Positions 1 to 10,048 of a stretch of 64,000 nucleotides of DNA are shown in pieces (position 1 is the first letter of the stretch; every line of letters begins with the position of its first letter). The DNA lies in the IMG/VR virus record IMGVR_UViG_3300017814_000114, positions 1 to 64,000 of that record. One strand, written 5' to 3'. The translations under genes and the position numbers were made by a program. The stretch comes from a virus. Lineage: Duplodnaviria > Caudoviricetes. The notes below the pieces were generated by a model that did not search any database, was not told the origin of the DNA, and saw nothing but the letters and a program-made list of their open reading frames with translations.

Positions 1-771
1 ATGAAAAAAACCACATATTGGGTAATAGGTATGTTTATCACCGCCTTTGTGTTCAGCATTGGCGTCATGATATACTTCAAATATTTCGAAAAGAGCATCA
101 CCTCCATCTCTGCTAAATTCACAACGATGAATGTAAACAATGTCAAAGTGCTTAAAATAGACGACGGCAATAGCAACAATCATCGAAGTTACTACAATCT
201 GGAAATCGTGTCAGTCAACAATGACAACACAACTAAAATGGCATACCCCAAAGATTGGATAAAGGCAGTACAGAAGGGAGACACTTTAATTTTATCACTT
301 TCCAAAGACGAAAAAAAGCTAGAAGAGTTACACAGCAACTTTCCTAAGTTGGTATTTTCGATTGGACAATCAACCAAAAGCTTCGATTTAATATCAAGCA
401 GATGTATCAGCGACATTACGTTTAAGGGGTTAAAACTAAACCAATGCTCCATAAAGGGAAGTGGAAATTCGTATTCAAATATCACAATCCAAACATGCAC
501 AATCGACAAGTTCGACATAGCAACAGGAGGAAGTATACAAATTCCCGATTCTAAAATAAAGTCTTTACAACTACTTGTAGACAACAGCAAATTAATCAAT
601 GCCACCAAATACAACATTGAAAATTTATATTTAATAGGAAACAACGATAACGACGATGCATCGGAGATAGATTTAACAAAAATCAAACATGTCTATTTAA
701 AGCCTTCCAAAGGCAAATCCATTACGACACGCACCAGTTCAAACTCCGAAATCTATTTAGGAAAAGATTAA
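1..771 (+). CDS. Membrane-anchored hypothetical protein, probably host or remnant-element gene
   Basis: N-terminal hydrophobic helix, beta-rich repetitive C-terminus, followed by a terminator. Confidence 0.6.
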   Translation: MKKTTYWVIGMFITAFVFSIGVMIYFKYFEKSITSISAKFTTMNVNNVKVLKIDDGNSNNHRSYYNLEIVSVNNDNTTKMAYPKDWIKAVQKGDTLILSLSKDEKKLEELHSNFPKLVFSIGQSTKSFDLISSRCISDITFKGLKLNQCSIKGSGNSYSNITIQTCTIDKFDIATGGSIQIPDSKIKSLQLLVDNSKLINATKYNIENLYLIGNNDNDDASEIDLTKIKHVYLKPSKGKSITTRTSSNSEIYLGKD

Positions 772-787
772 TATCAGGATACTACAA

Positions 788-831
788 AAGAAAGAGCGTG
801 AAAACTAAATAAGTTATTCACGCTCTTTCTT
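788..831 (+). terminator. Intrinsic (likely bidirectional) terminator
   Basis: AAGAAAGAGCGTGAA...TTCACGCTCTTTCTT inverted repeat. Confidence 0.75.
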
Positions 832-982
832 CTTATCATAAATCTGGTAAGGAAGTCGCATGACATATAAAAACCAAAATTGCAATTTGCTTAAAATATT
901 TATTGTAAAATTGTTTCGGTTATTTATATCATTATATACTTATATTTATTACCTTTGGGGCACTAAACAATAAATTTACATT

Positions 983-1381
983 ATGAAAAAAGTTTTATTT
1001 GTGATGATGCTCTGCATCATGTGTTCAATCAATTCTTTCGCTCAACAACCTGAACAAAAAGACGGTACTTATCGAGTTTATTGTGAATTAATAGGTACAG
1101 GTAAGTTGTTCAGCAGCAAATTAACAGTAAACCTTGATTTTGGTCAAAAATCTTCATTTTGGACTGGCAATAAAGGAATCTTAGTCGATGACAATGGAAA
1201 ACCGCTAGATTTCAATTCGATGGTTGATGCTATGAATTTCATGGGAAGACTAGATTGGAAATTTGTACAGGCTTATGTCGTTACTACAAGTAATCAAAAT
1301 GTATATCGTTGGTTACTTTACAAAGACGTGAAGAATGATGAAGAGATTCATCAGGGATTCAGAGTTAATGGAGACAAATAA
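983..1381 (+). CDS. Secreted conserved hypothetical protein
   Basis: Signal peptide (..SFA/QQ); TACCTTTG -7 promoter element just upstream. Confidence 0.7.
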   Translation: MKKVLFVMMLCIMCSINSFAQQPEQKDGTYRVYCELIGTGKLFSSKLTVNLDFGQKSSFWTGNKGILVDDNGKPLDFNSMVDAMNFMGRLDWKFVQAYVVTTSNQNVYRWLLYKDVKNDEEIHQGFRVNGDK

Positions 1382-1526
1382 TATCTCTATGTAATTTTGC
1401 TCCTCTTTCCTTTACCGGTCCAAAGAACCTTTTGACATCAGCTTTAGATAAATACACCGCAAAGATCATATGGAGTATTGTTACAGTTTAAAACATAGTC
1501 TAAGGTTCTCTTATACCTTAATTTAT

Positions 1527-1604
1527 GACGGCTGCCTTTCCTTTCATTTTTGTGCCTTAGCATAAATATATGAGTGTCCAGCTCTATAGGGAATGGCAGC
1601 CGTC
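1527..1604 (+). ncRNA. C4/CI-like antisense RNA scaffold, copy A (remnant element)
   Basis: GACGGCTGCC-T-TTCC...GGAA-T-GGCAGCCGTC outer stem, inner hairpin and unpaired segment; same scaffold as 16800-16870 and 36102-36176. Confidence 0.55.
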
Positions 1605-1721
1605 TTTTGCCTTCTAAAAGTTCTAAACGTATAAATTGCAAGAGCAAACAATCTCATTGCTGGGACACAACAAAAATAAATAGAACAAGATTCGATTAGT
1701 TAGAGAGAAAGAGAATAGAAC

Positions 1722-1824
1722 AATTAAAATATTTTGTCCGAAATTTGTCTGACTTGCTTTAAATAAAGAAGCGCAAACAACTACATTCTAGTTATTTACG
1801 CCTTATTTTGTTGCGGAGACTTGA
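1722..1824. repeat. Left att-associated direct repeat (core GTTGCGGAGACTTGA, 1810-1824)
   Basis: Ungapped 103-bp match to 44592-44694 with 12 mismatches; paired GTCCGA-like arm sites and a hairpin; minus strand ...AGTCTCCGCAA resembles a tRNA-Ser 3' end. Confidence 0.85.
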
Positions 1825-1957
1825 ACTATGCAACTATATAATACAAACAGGGCGCACTTTTTTATAACTGATCATTAATCAAATACGTCTTATACATTTT
1901 GTTCATTTAAAATTATGAATGTCTTATATATGAATGAGTTTTAGCTCATATAAATAT

Positions 1958-2326
1958 CTATTTTTTAAGTAGTTTAACCATTTCTTCTAAAGTTTCAATT
2001 CGCTTATCTTTCTCTTCCAGTAGTAATTTGAGAGACTCTATTTGGGCAGAAAGCTCTTGCTCACGTGTGGAATTATTGCAATTCCCCATAACATTTCCAT
2101 TACCATTAATCGCATTTGAACTATGCCCAAAGTGTATATTTCGTAGAAAAAAAATGTCCATAGACATACCAAAAAAGTCCGCAACCTTTTCAAGCCGCCT
2201 AACAGTTGGGTTACCATTAGTCAATTGACTCAACGAATTTTCAGTAGACCCTAAATAACTTAATAAATCTTTTCCTTTAAGATTTCGCTGTTTTAGTAAA
2301 TCCTTGATTACCTGTCCATTATACAT
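1958..2326 (-). CDS. CI-like XRE-family HTH repressor
   Basis: HTH (LSQLTNGNPTVRRLEKVADFFG), C-terminal coiled coil, divergent from the early operon. Confidence 0.8.
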   Translation of the reverse strand: MYNGQVIKDLLKQRNLKGKDLLSYLGSTENSLSQLTNGNPTVRRLEKVADFFGMSMDIFFLRNIHFGHSSNAINGNGNVMGNCNNSTREQELSAQIESLKLLLEEKDKRIETLEEMVKLLKK

Positions 2327-2435
2327 AATAATAAGTTATTTAATCATATTTAACTTGATAAAATCAAAGATATAAAACTTATTTTACAGTTATAAATCAT
2401 ATCTTTGTAGCATAAATTTAATAATTATTATTGTA
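2327..2435. promoter_or_regulatory. Lysis/lysogeny switch of prophage 1, back-to-back promoters
   Basis: TATCTTTG on + (2400-2407) and on - (2365-2372). Confidence 0.65.
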
Positions 2436-2657
2436 ATGGAAGCAAAAAAACAAGCAAAAAAAACTGAATTGAGTATTAATGACTACTATAATAGTCTTGA
2501 TACTAACGAAAAAAAGCGAGCCTTCAGAGAGAAAGTGATAAACACTTTGGACATACAGTTCATGACATTTTATGATAAAATGCGTAAGAGGAATTGGAAT
2601 AAACTTCAAGAGAGTGCCCTAAAACAAATAGTAGAAGAAGATGCAAAGGGCAATTGA
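2436..2657 (+). CDS. Cro-like small DNA-binding protein
   Basis: Position opposite the repressor, small basic helical protein. Confidence 0.6.
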   Translation: MEAKKQAKKTELSINDYYNSLDTNEKKRAFREKVINTLDIQFMTFYDKMRKRNWNKLQESALKQIVEEDAKGN

Positions 2658-3186
2658 GCTTTATAACACTCCTGATGGAAGAGTTTGCATCAAGCCTGAG
2701 AATGACGCCATGTTCATACTAGATGAAAACAAGTGTGACATCATTCAACCCATGCTGGGTAACATTCATAATTTATATCCTGATGCGTTTAAAAAATTAA
2801 GCGAGATTTATTCGAAATCTTCAAGGAACAAAAAATATTATGAGTTCAGAATGGTTCACCGTTTTTGTCGATGCAACTTCGGCAGCTATGACACGCTCCA
2901 AAAAGATATTGATGCGAACGGCGAATGGCACTTAGAGCAAGTGAACTGTCCACTCCGAGGCGAATGCCCGGAAGAAGGTATCATTTGCATGCCGAAACTT
3001 CATACCGTTCTCTCGGATCGGGAATTTGAAGTAGCTAAATTATTAGGCTATATGTCACCTGAAGAAATCAGCGACGAACTACACCTTTCGATCAGAACGG
3101 TATATAACCACATCCAATCAATCAAATTCAGACTTAAACTAAAAACCATCGCACAAATTGCGACATGGTATAAAAACAAGCAATAA
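2641..3186 (+). CDS. LuxR-type C-terminal HTH regulator with Cys-rich N-terminal domain
   Basis: LSDREFEVAKLL...EISDELHLSIRTVYNH; CPLRGEC motif. Confidence 0.85.
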   Translation: MQRAIELYNTPDGRVCIKPENDAMFILDENKCDIIQPMLGNIHNLYPDAFKKLSEIYSKSSRNKKYYEFRMVHRFCRCNFGSYDTLQKDIDANGEWHLEQVNCPLRGECPEEGIICMPKLHTVLSDREFEVAKLLGYMSPEEISDELHLSIRTVYNHIQSIKFRLKLKTIAQIATWYKNKQ

Positions 3187-3189
3187 CCT

Positions 3190-3717
3190 ATGAATACAAA
3201 AATTATCGCAAGAGTAAACAACGTGGATATCCTATCTACAAGTGACGAACAAATGGTAGCTATCAAACCGATTTGTGATGCTTTGGGCATAGACAGAAAA
3301 CGGCAGCAAGATAAGATAAAAGAGCATCCAATATTATCATTAGTTGGGGGCTTATCGCCCCTAACTGGGAAGGATGGTAAAGAGTATGAAATGTTCTGTT
3401 TGCCTTTCAAGTATGTGTTTGGTTGGCTGTTTACTATCAATCCAAATAATGTGGATGAATTGGCTCGCCCGAACTTGATTAAATTCCAAGAGGAATGTTA
3501 CGAAGCTTTATATCGATATTTTGCAGATAAAGCCACATTCGTGGAACAGAAACAGCTGGAAATAGACAAGCAACTCGGCGTTGTCGAAGAGGCAAAAGGA
3601 TATTTCAAAAATGCAAAGAATGTGTTGTTCGATGCAGAAACAAAACTGCAAAAATTACGTAAGTTGACAATGGACGACTTCGATTTCGAAAGAAGGCAAT
3701 TAAAACTTTTCAATTAA
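3190..3717 (+). CDS. Phage antirepressor (P22 AR N-terminal domain)
   Basis: VAIKPICDALGI...DGKEYEMFCLP...FGWLFTINP; paralogue at 50757. Confidence 0.85.
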   Translation: MNTKIIARVNNVDILSTSDEQMVAIKPICDALGIDRKRQQDKIKEHPILSLVGGLSPLTGKDGKEYEMFCLPFKYVFGWLFTINPNNVDELARPNLIKFQEECYEALYRYFADKATFVEQKQLEIDKQLGVVEEAKGYFKNAKNVLFDAETKLQKLRKLTMDDFDFERRQLKLFN

Positions 3718-3741
3718 TTTTCACCCTCTCAAAACCCTATT

Positions 3742-4059
3742 ATGAAAATATATGTTAGCGTGCCAATTCGTGACCGCAAAGGTTCATCAGATATGGAAAA
3801 GAAAATAGCGGCAAAGCAACAAGCCGATGCAATCAAAAAGAAATTGCTCAAAGAGGGACACGAAGTGATAACCCCCTTTGACATAAATCCCATCGATAGC
3901 GATGTTTCCTATGAGGAAGCAATGGGTGAAGATATAAAAGTATTGCTGAAATGCGACGGAATATACAAAGCTTCTGGTTGGGGACATTCCAGAGGTTGCC
4001 AATTCGAAAGCATGGGAGCTCAAATATATAACAAGATCATTATAGAAGAAGAATTATGA
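3742..4059 (+). CDS. DUF4406-like (nucleoside deoxyribosyltransferase-like fold) protein
   Basis: KIYVS...P...CDGIY...GW..SRGC..E. Confidence 0.8.
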   Translation: MKIYVSVPIRDRKGSSDMEKKIAAKQQADAIKKKLLKEGHEVITPFDINPIDSDVSYEEAMGEDIKVLLKCDGIYKASGWGHSRGCQFESMGAQIYNKIIIEEEL

Positions 4060-4325
4060 ATAACATACAAAAATTGCACCCGGTTTCCGAATGGGAAAAG
4101 AAAAGACCGACAAGCGTGTATTATCAACAGATATATTTTACAGATAAATCACATGAGGTCAAACTTGTAAAAGGTACGATCCAAATTATTAGGCGAGTAA
4201 GAAGTATGGGCGTGCCGGTCAATGAGACAGTTTCCAGAAAGGCACACTGGGACGGATACGGCTGTTGCTATGTAGGAACTCACAACAAGCGAAACCGTGA
4301 TTATGATATTCCTTTTAATGACTGA
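4056..4325 (+). CDS. Hypothetical phage protein
   Basis: Coupled ORF in the early operon. Confidence 0.65.
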   Translation: MNNIQKLHPVSEWEKKRPTSVYYQQIYFTDKSHEVKLVKGTIQIIRRVRSMGVPVNETVSRKAHWDGYGCCYVGTHNKRNRDYDIPFND

Positions 4326-4351
4326 TTCACGATAGTCTTAAACTAACTGCA

Positions 4352-7300
4352 ATGATAAGCGAGAATGTAATAGAACAGGTTCTTAACCGCTCCGACATCG
4401 TTGATGTCGTAAGCGGTTTCGTAACCCTCAAAAGAAAAGGACGGCTTTACGAAGCGTGCTGTCCTTTTCACCAAGAAAAAACGCCGTCCTTCAAGGTTGA
4501 TCCCGCCCGTAACACATGGCATTGTTTCGGGGCTTGTTCGGAAGGTGGTAACGTGATCAAGTTCGTGATGAAACACGAAAGCCTTTCTTTCCCGGAAGCG
4601 GTCAAGTGGCTGGCCGCAAAATATGGCATTGCGGTAGAGGAAGAACAGCCGACTGAAGAACAACGGCTTAAAGCGCAAAAGCGGGAATCTCTTTTTATCG
4701 TTAACCAAAGGGTTGCCGAATATTATGCGGATAACATTCTGTCCTCTGCCGGCGATACCGCTCGTAAATATGCCGAAAGTCGCTGGGGTAAGGACCTTGT
4801 CCGAGATATGGGAATCGGCTTCGCTCTCGATGAATGGCAGGGGCTTATCAATTTCGCACAGTCGGCCGGATTGTCTACCGACTTACTGCTTGAACTTAGC
4901 ATTATCAAAAAGAGTGATAAGGGGAAACTGTACGACGTTTACCGCAATAGAGTGATGATACCTATTCGGGACCGGTTTCATAGAGTGATAGGTTTTACCG
5001 CACGGGACATTTCCAATGTAGAGGGTACGGCAAAATACATGAATTCTGCCGAAAGCGATATCTACTCGAAGAGCAAATCGGTTTTCGGAATTGAAACGGC
5101 AATCAGAGAAGCCACCAGGCAAGACAAATTCAATCTTGTCGAGGGAGCTCCGGATGTGATCAGTATGCAGAAAGTCGGAATCTGCAACACCATTGCCTCA
5201 CTCGGATCGGCGTGGACTGCACAACAATTCGAATCACTCAAACGATATGCGACAAAACTTTGTTTTCTTCCGGATGCAGACGAAATCAAGTCTGGAGAAA
5301 AATACGGTACCGGCATAAAAAAAGTAATGGTCAACGGACTGCTGGCCATTCGAAACGGTTTTTCAGTATCAGTTCGGGAGATTCCGCTTGGAAAAGGAAA
5401 TAGTAAGCAAGACCCGGGATCATATATAACCGGGAAACCAATCTATAACGACCTGGAAGAAGAGGACTTTATTACCTGGTATGCCAAATACATCTTCGAT
5501 GATTGCGAGACGACCGACGACAAGAGCAGGGCCATTAATACGATCTGTTCGATGGTGGCTACTCTCAAGGATGACGTCAAAGAAGAGATGTACGTTTCCA
5601 AGCTACAAGATATCTATAAGAACAAAGCTCTTTGGACTACGGCCATGAACCAGGCACGTAAAGAGATTCAAGCTAAAAAGGTATTGAACGACAGCAAAAA
5701 GATAGACCGCGACCTTTATTCGAAATATGGTTTTTTCGAAGACCGCAATGCTTATTACTCCATTACGGAGAAAGGCACGAATTTCCAATGGTCTAATTTT
5801 GTGATGATTCCGATGTTTCACATAAAGGACTCATTAAACCCCAAAAGATTGTACCGGATTAAGAACGTCAACAACCAGGAAGATATCATCGAAATGAAAC
5901 AGGAAGACCTTGTTTCGCTTTCGAAATTCAAGCAAAAGGTTGAGGGGCTGGGAAATTATATTTGGTTGGCCACAGAGAGGGAAATGACCAAACTGAAGAT
6001 GTTTCTGTATGAGCAGACGGAGACTGCCTTAGAAATAACACAGTTGGGATGGCAACGCAAAGGTTTCTTTGCTTATGGCAATGGCGCTTTTGATACGGAC
6101 TGGCATCCGGTTGACGAATACGGTATCGTCAGATTAAAGTCCGGAAACTTTTATTTGCCGGCATCTTCCAAAATCTATCGCGAGGACGTAAAACTCTTCC
6201 AATTCGAACGTCGATTCGTACATTTGAATTATTCTGCGATATCGCTTGGCCAATATGCGGAAAAACTTATCGGAGTATTCGGAAACAACGCCAAAATCGG
6301 ACTGTGCTTCTTACTTGCGACTCTCTTTAGGGATATCATCGTAGGTTATACGAAAAGCTTTCCCATTCTAAATCTATTCGGTCCGAAAGGTTCCGGTAAA
6401 TCGGAGTTGGGACACTCGTTGATGTCTTTCTTCATCAGCGAAAACACACCGCCGAACATTCAGAACGCAACGATCGCAGCAATGGCCGACCTGGTTGCTC
6501 AATGTGCAAACGCTCTCGTACATATCGATGAATATAAGAACTCGATCGATATCGACAAACGGGAATTTTTAAAAGGCTTATGGGATGGTTCGGGACGTTC
6601 CCGCATGAACATGGATCGGGACAAGAAGAGAGAAATAACATCCGTCGATTGCGGAGTGATCTTGTCCGGGCAAGAAATGACAACAGTGGATATCGCTCTG
6701 TTTTCCCGATTGATTTACCTCACATTCAATAAAACGGAATTTTCCTCTTCCGAAAAACAACGGTTCAACGAATTGAAAGAATTACGTAAACTGGGGTTAT
6801 CGCATTTGACTTTACAGTTGCTTCGACATCGGGCCAAAATGGAAGCGGACTATTACAACAATTACAAGCAATGTATGTCGGAACTCAACGAAGCGCTCCG
6901 GGGCGAACAGATTGAAGATCGTATACAGAGGAACTGGGTTATTCCATTAGCTACTTTTCGTACGCTGGAGAGTAGCCTTGACGTTCCCTTTTCTTATAAA
7001 GAGGTGTTTAACATCACTGTCGAGGGCATCAAGACGCAAAACAACGAATGCAAAAGCAATAATGAATTGGCCGGCTTTTGGAATATGGTTTCTTACCTAT
7101 TGCAAAATGGTGAGATATACATAGATAGTGATTACCGTATAGATTATATGGATAAACTGAAGACGAACATTACTCGCGATCAAATGGAATTCAAAAGACC
7201 GAAGCCGATTCTAAGAATGCGAAAGAACAGAATCTTTATGTTATATAAGAAATCGGCCAAACAAGTCGGCGATACGGTTTTACCCACCGAATCACTCAAA

Positions 7301-7594
7301 TTCTATCTTGAAAATTCTAAAGAATATCTCGGCACCATGAATTCAGTAAGGTTCAAGAACATCCAAAAAGGTATCGAAGTTCAAAAGGAAGTACCGGCAT
7401 ACATGGGAACACCAGGTGCAAACTTTCAAAAGACTTCCCAAAACGACCAAGCAATGTGCTTCGATTACGAACTCATAGAGGAACATTACAATATCAATCT
7501 CGAAATAGATACTCCTTATTCCGAAAAGGAAAGAAAGGATCGTGAAGAGGGAGAAATAATTAATATCGATCCTCAAACTAACTTGCCATTTTAG
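4352..7594 (+). CDS. DnaG-like primase (CHC2 zinc finger, Toprim) fused to a P-loop helicase-like domain
   Basis: CPFHQEKTPSF, VEG..DV, DAD, Walker A GPKGSGKS, HIDEY. Confidence 0.92.
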   Translation: MISENVIEQVLNRSDIVDVVSGFVTLKRKGRLYEACCPFHQEKTPSFKVDPARNTWHCFGACSEGGNVIKFVMKHESLSFPEAVKWLAAKYGIAVEEEQPTEEQRLKAQKRESLFIVNQRVAEYYADNILSSAGDTARKYAESRWGKDLVRDMGIGFALDEWQGLINFAQSAGLSTDLLLELSIIKKSDKGKLYDVYRNRVMIPIRDRFHRVIGFTARDISNVEGTAKYMNSAESDIYSKSKSVFGIETAIREATRQDKFNLVEGAPDVISMQKVGICNTIASLGSAWTAQQFESLKRYATKLCFLPDADEIKSGEKYGTGIKKVMVNGLLAIRNGFSVSVREIPLGKGNSKQDPGSYITGKPIYNDLEEEDFITWYAKYIFDDCETTDDKSRAINTICSMVATLKDDVKEEMYVSKLQDIYKNKALWTTAMNQARKEIQAKKVLNDSKKIDRDLYSKYGFFEDRNAYYSITEKGTNFQWSNFVMIPMFHIKDSLNPKRLYRIKNVNNQEDIIEMKQEDLVSLSKFKQKVEGLGNYIWLATEREMTKLKMFLYEQTETALEITQLGWQRKGFFAYGNGAFDTDWHPVDEYGIVRLKSGNFYLPASSKIYREDVKLFQFERRFVHLNYSAISLGQYAEKLIGVFGNNAKIGLCFLLATLFRDIIVGYTKSFPILNLFGPKGSGKSELGHSLMSFFISENTPPNIQNATIAAMADLVAQCANALVHIDEYKNSIDIDKREFLKGLWDGSGRSRMNMDRDKKREITSVDCGVILSGQEMTTVDIALFSRLIYLTFNKTEFSSSEKQRFNELKELRKLGLSHLTLQLLRHRAKMEADYYNNYKQCMSELNEALRGEQIEDRIQRNWVIPLATFRTLESSLDVPFSYKEVFNITVEGIKTQNNECKSNNELAGFWNMVSYLLQNGEIYIDSDYRIDYMDKLKTNITRDQMEFKRPKPILRMRKNRIFMLYKKSAKQVGDTVLPTESLKFYLENSKEYLGTMNSVRFKNIQKGIEVQKEVPAYMGTPGANFQKTSQNDQAMCFDYELIEEHYNINLEIDTPYSEKERKDREEGEIINIDPQTNLPF

Positions 7595-7619
7595 CTTGAG
7601 GCGCTTATCTTGTAGAAGG

Positions 7620-7656
7620 AATGCCGACACTGTGAAGTGCCGGCATTTTTATTTTT
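7620..7656 (+). terminator. Terminator after primase
   Basis: ATGCCG...CGGCAT stem plus T-tract. Confidence 0.7.
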
Positions 7657-7697
7657 ACCAAACCAAAACCGCTCTCACATTTTCGGGTGATTTATTC

Positions 7698-7925
7698 TTC
7701 TACACTTTCTACAACTTCTACATTATTATATATCAATGTTTTAAGTATAAAAAGTATCTTCTATAAGCTTCTACAAATTTCTACAAATGTAGAGAATAAG
7801 AAGAAACTTCTACAAATAGCTACTATTTCTACACTTTTTCTACAAAAAACCCATTTGAATAATTAAGCCAAATCATTGATAATAAGATATATAAATCATT
7901 TGTAGAAAGTGTAGAAGCTGTAGAA
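7698..7925. repeat. Putative replication origin 1 with TTCTACA iterons
   Basis: 8 TTCTACA and 3 TGTAGAA copies; terminal triplets at 9-bp period in inverted orientation; AT-rich. Confidence 0.75.
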
Positions 7926-8019
7926 GGCAAAATACATGTCTCACAAATCAAAAAAATGTAATTGATTTTGCCCCTATTTTCAGTTATATATACTATATTT
8001 GTATCAAAATCAATTATAT

Positions 8020-8556
8020 ATGAATAGTTTTGTTATCTATGTAAAACTAGAGAAGTATTTGTCTCAATGGTTGACCAATGCGTTAGGCTCTCCGGTACGC
8101 TTTCCTGCACAAAGCAATGAGAATGCAGTCATCAGACGCTTTCTTCAGAAACTGCCTAAGGATAAAGCCCCTATTATGGCCTCTGAAGAACTGACACCGA
8201 TCTTTATTCCAGACTCCAAAGCCAAAGACCCACGGTTATTCAATTACTTTGGGCCTCGTGCACAAGAAGCACTGACCGAAGCGATCGAAGATTTGTTTCG
8301 GCGTAATCTCTGGGCAGAACTTGGCGATCTACTTGACGGAACGGTTGGCCTTAACAAGACGATTGCTGCCTGGTGCGAAATGCACGGCATCGATGATGAC
8401 TATTCGGAGACAGTACGCCAAAAATTCTATCGAATTCGTAAGGCTTATACGCAGAAAGGTATCTTTTTAAATTCTTTAACAAGAAAAAGAGAGGATAAGG
8501 AAGCCGATTTTAAACAGACTCGAACAAACCCGAACAGCTATGCACAATTCAGTTAA
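8020..8556 (+). CDS. Conserved phage protein, candidate late-transcription activator
   Basis: Homologue of 52140..52637 at the same position; own TATATTTG promoter element; function is inference. Confidence 0.55.
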   Translation: MNSFVIYVKLEKYLSQWLTNALGSPVRFPAQSNENAVIRRFLQKLPKDKAPIMASEELTPIFIPDSKAKDPRLFNYFGPRAQEALTEAIEDLFRRNLWAELGDLLDGTVGLNKTIAAWCEMHGIDDDYSETVRQKFYRIRKAYTQKGIFLNSLTRKREDKEADFKQTRTNPNSYAQFS

Positions 8557-8956
8557 GTTTATCACCAAATTAGAGGTGATCGATTCGTATAATATCTTAT
8601 CGTTCGATAAGATTGATTCTAATACCGTTCATATCGAAACGGCTAAGAATTTTGAGAAAATAGATACCGTCGGATTGATCCAGGTGGAGACCAGCGAAAA
8701 AATAGAGAATAAAATATGTATAGGTACGACTAAAATAACAGCCACCATTTGCTCGGACATAAACATAGGAAATAGAAAACTCGTATTCCGGTTGACTTCT
8801 GCCGACGGTACCGTATCTTTAGTCGGTTCCAATGAACGACCATACCCGACTGTAACAAAGTCGGATAACAAACCTTCTTCTATCGGTACCGCCATCAAAA
8901 AAACACTGAATATCACCTATACAAATACGAATTCGACGGAATTAGCTTTGATTTAG
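8540..8956 (+). CDS. Hypothetical phage protein
   Basis: Positional homologue of 52758..53078 (GSNERPYP / GDEDYP). Confidence 0.6.
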   Translation: MHNSVKFITKLEVIDSYNILSFDKIDSNTVHIETAKNFEKIDTVGLIQVETSEKIENKICIGTTKITATICSDINIGNRKLVFRLTSADGTVSLVGSNERPYPTVTKSDNKPSSIGTAIKKTLNITYTNTNSTELALI

Positions 8957-8991
8957 GTCTTTTTGTGACTGATTTTTAGCAAGTATTATTG
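8957..8991 (+). promoter_or_regulatory. Late-type promoter GTCTTTT-N20-TATTATTG
   Basis: Fixed-spacing motif shared by six structural operons. Confidence 0.6.
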
Positions 8992-9009
8992 CATAAAAAT
9001 CAATCACAG

Positions 9010-10047
9010 ATGAATTACAATCTTATTATTGACGACATGATCGGAGGTTGGGGCTACTCGAAACAGTATGTCCGTGACCAGTTGGCAGATTGCAAGGGTA
9101 AGCCTGTCAATGTTCTTATTTCTTCTCTCGGCGGAGCGGTCGACCATGCGCTCGATATTCGTCAACAGTTTATTGACCATGGCAACGTGACCGTTTATCT
9201 CAACGGCTTCGTTGCTTCAGCTGCAACCATCATATCGATGGGTGCAAAAACCGTTAAGGCTTCGAAATACTCGATGTATCTCGTGCACAAGTGCTCTAAC
9301 TGGATTACCGAGTGGGGGACCTACAATGCCGACCAGATACAGGAGCTTATCGATAAGCTCAAGAAAAACAAACTGGATAACGACAAGGTAGACCTTATCA
9401 TCGCGAATATGTATGCTGACAAATGCAAGAAGAATGTCAGCGATATCCTCGAGATTTTAAAATCGGCCAACTGGATGACGGCGGAAGAAGCTAAGACTTT
9501 AGGTTTCATTGACGAGATCGTCGAAGATGAAGATGAAATCAAGGTAGATGCCGTACGCTTGAATAGGCTTTGTTGCTCCATGGGGTATCCTGCCATTCCA
9601 CATAAGGATAATGGCGAAAATAATCAGTCAGAAAATCTTTTCAATAAGATCATCAATAAGATCGACAGTCTTGTTCACAAAAAAGAGGAACAGACTACCG
9701 ACCAAAACAACTGTTCCAAAACAATGAATAAAAATTACGTTAAAGTCAACACCATTCTGAATGTAGAGGGCGTGGAGGTTGATAAAGAGGGTAAGGTAAT
9801 GCTTACCGAAGCGCAGATTAAAGCTCTCAATGATCGCATCGATGCACTCGAAGCGGACGCCAAGACAAAGGATGATGACATCGCGGCCAAGCAGACGGAA
9901 ATCGATAATCTGAAAAAAGGACCGGGCGCCGATACGCATACCGTAGAAGGTAACGAAGATGACGACGGTACGGATGGTGACGAAGGCGGAAAAGCCGAAA
10001 AGATCGATGCCAAATCAATGTATAACCAAGTCAAAAACTTTATTTAA
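9010..10047 (+). CDS. ClpP-like prohead protease with C-terminal scaffold region
   Basis: ISSLGG, ASAATII, MYLVH, WMTAEEAKTLGFIDEI. Confidence 0.88.
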   Translation: MNYNLIIDDMIGGWGYSKQYVRDQLADCKGKPVNVLISSLGGAVDHALDIRQQFIDHGNVTVYLNGFVASAATIISMGAKTVKASKYSMYLVHKCSNWITEWGTYNADQIQELIDKLKKNKLDNDKVDLIIANMYADKCKKNVSDILEILKSANWMTAEEAKTLGFIDEIVEDEDEIKVDAVRLNRLCCSMGYPAIPHKDNGENNQSENLFNKIINKIDSLVHKKEEQTTDQNNCSKTMNKNYVKVNTILNVEGVEVDKEGKVMLTEAQIKALNDRIDALEADAKTKDDDIAAKQTEIDNLKKGPGADTHTVEGNEDDDGTDGDEGGKAEKIDAKSMYNQVKNFI

Positions 10048-10048
10048 G

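Noticed and set aside
1444-1647. 67-aa minus-strand ORF
   Set aside because: Overlaps RNA copy A, non-ATG start, no recognisable features
1805-1830. tRNA gene at the att core (also 44675-44700)
   Set aside because: Only a short 3'-end-like fragment is present; no cloverleaf
7698-7925. Short repeats as a CRISPR array (also 51775-52094)
   Set aside because: 7-nt units, both orientations, no unique spacers, no cas genes
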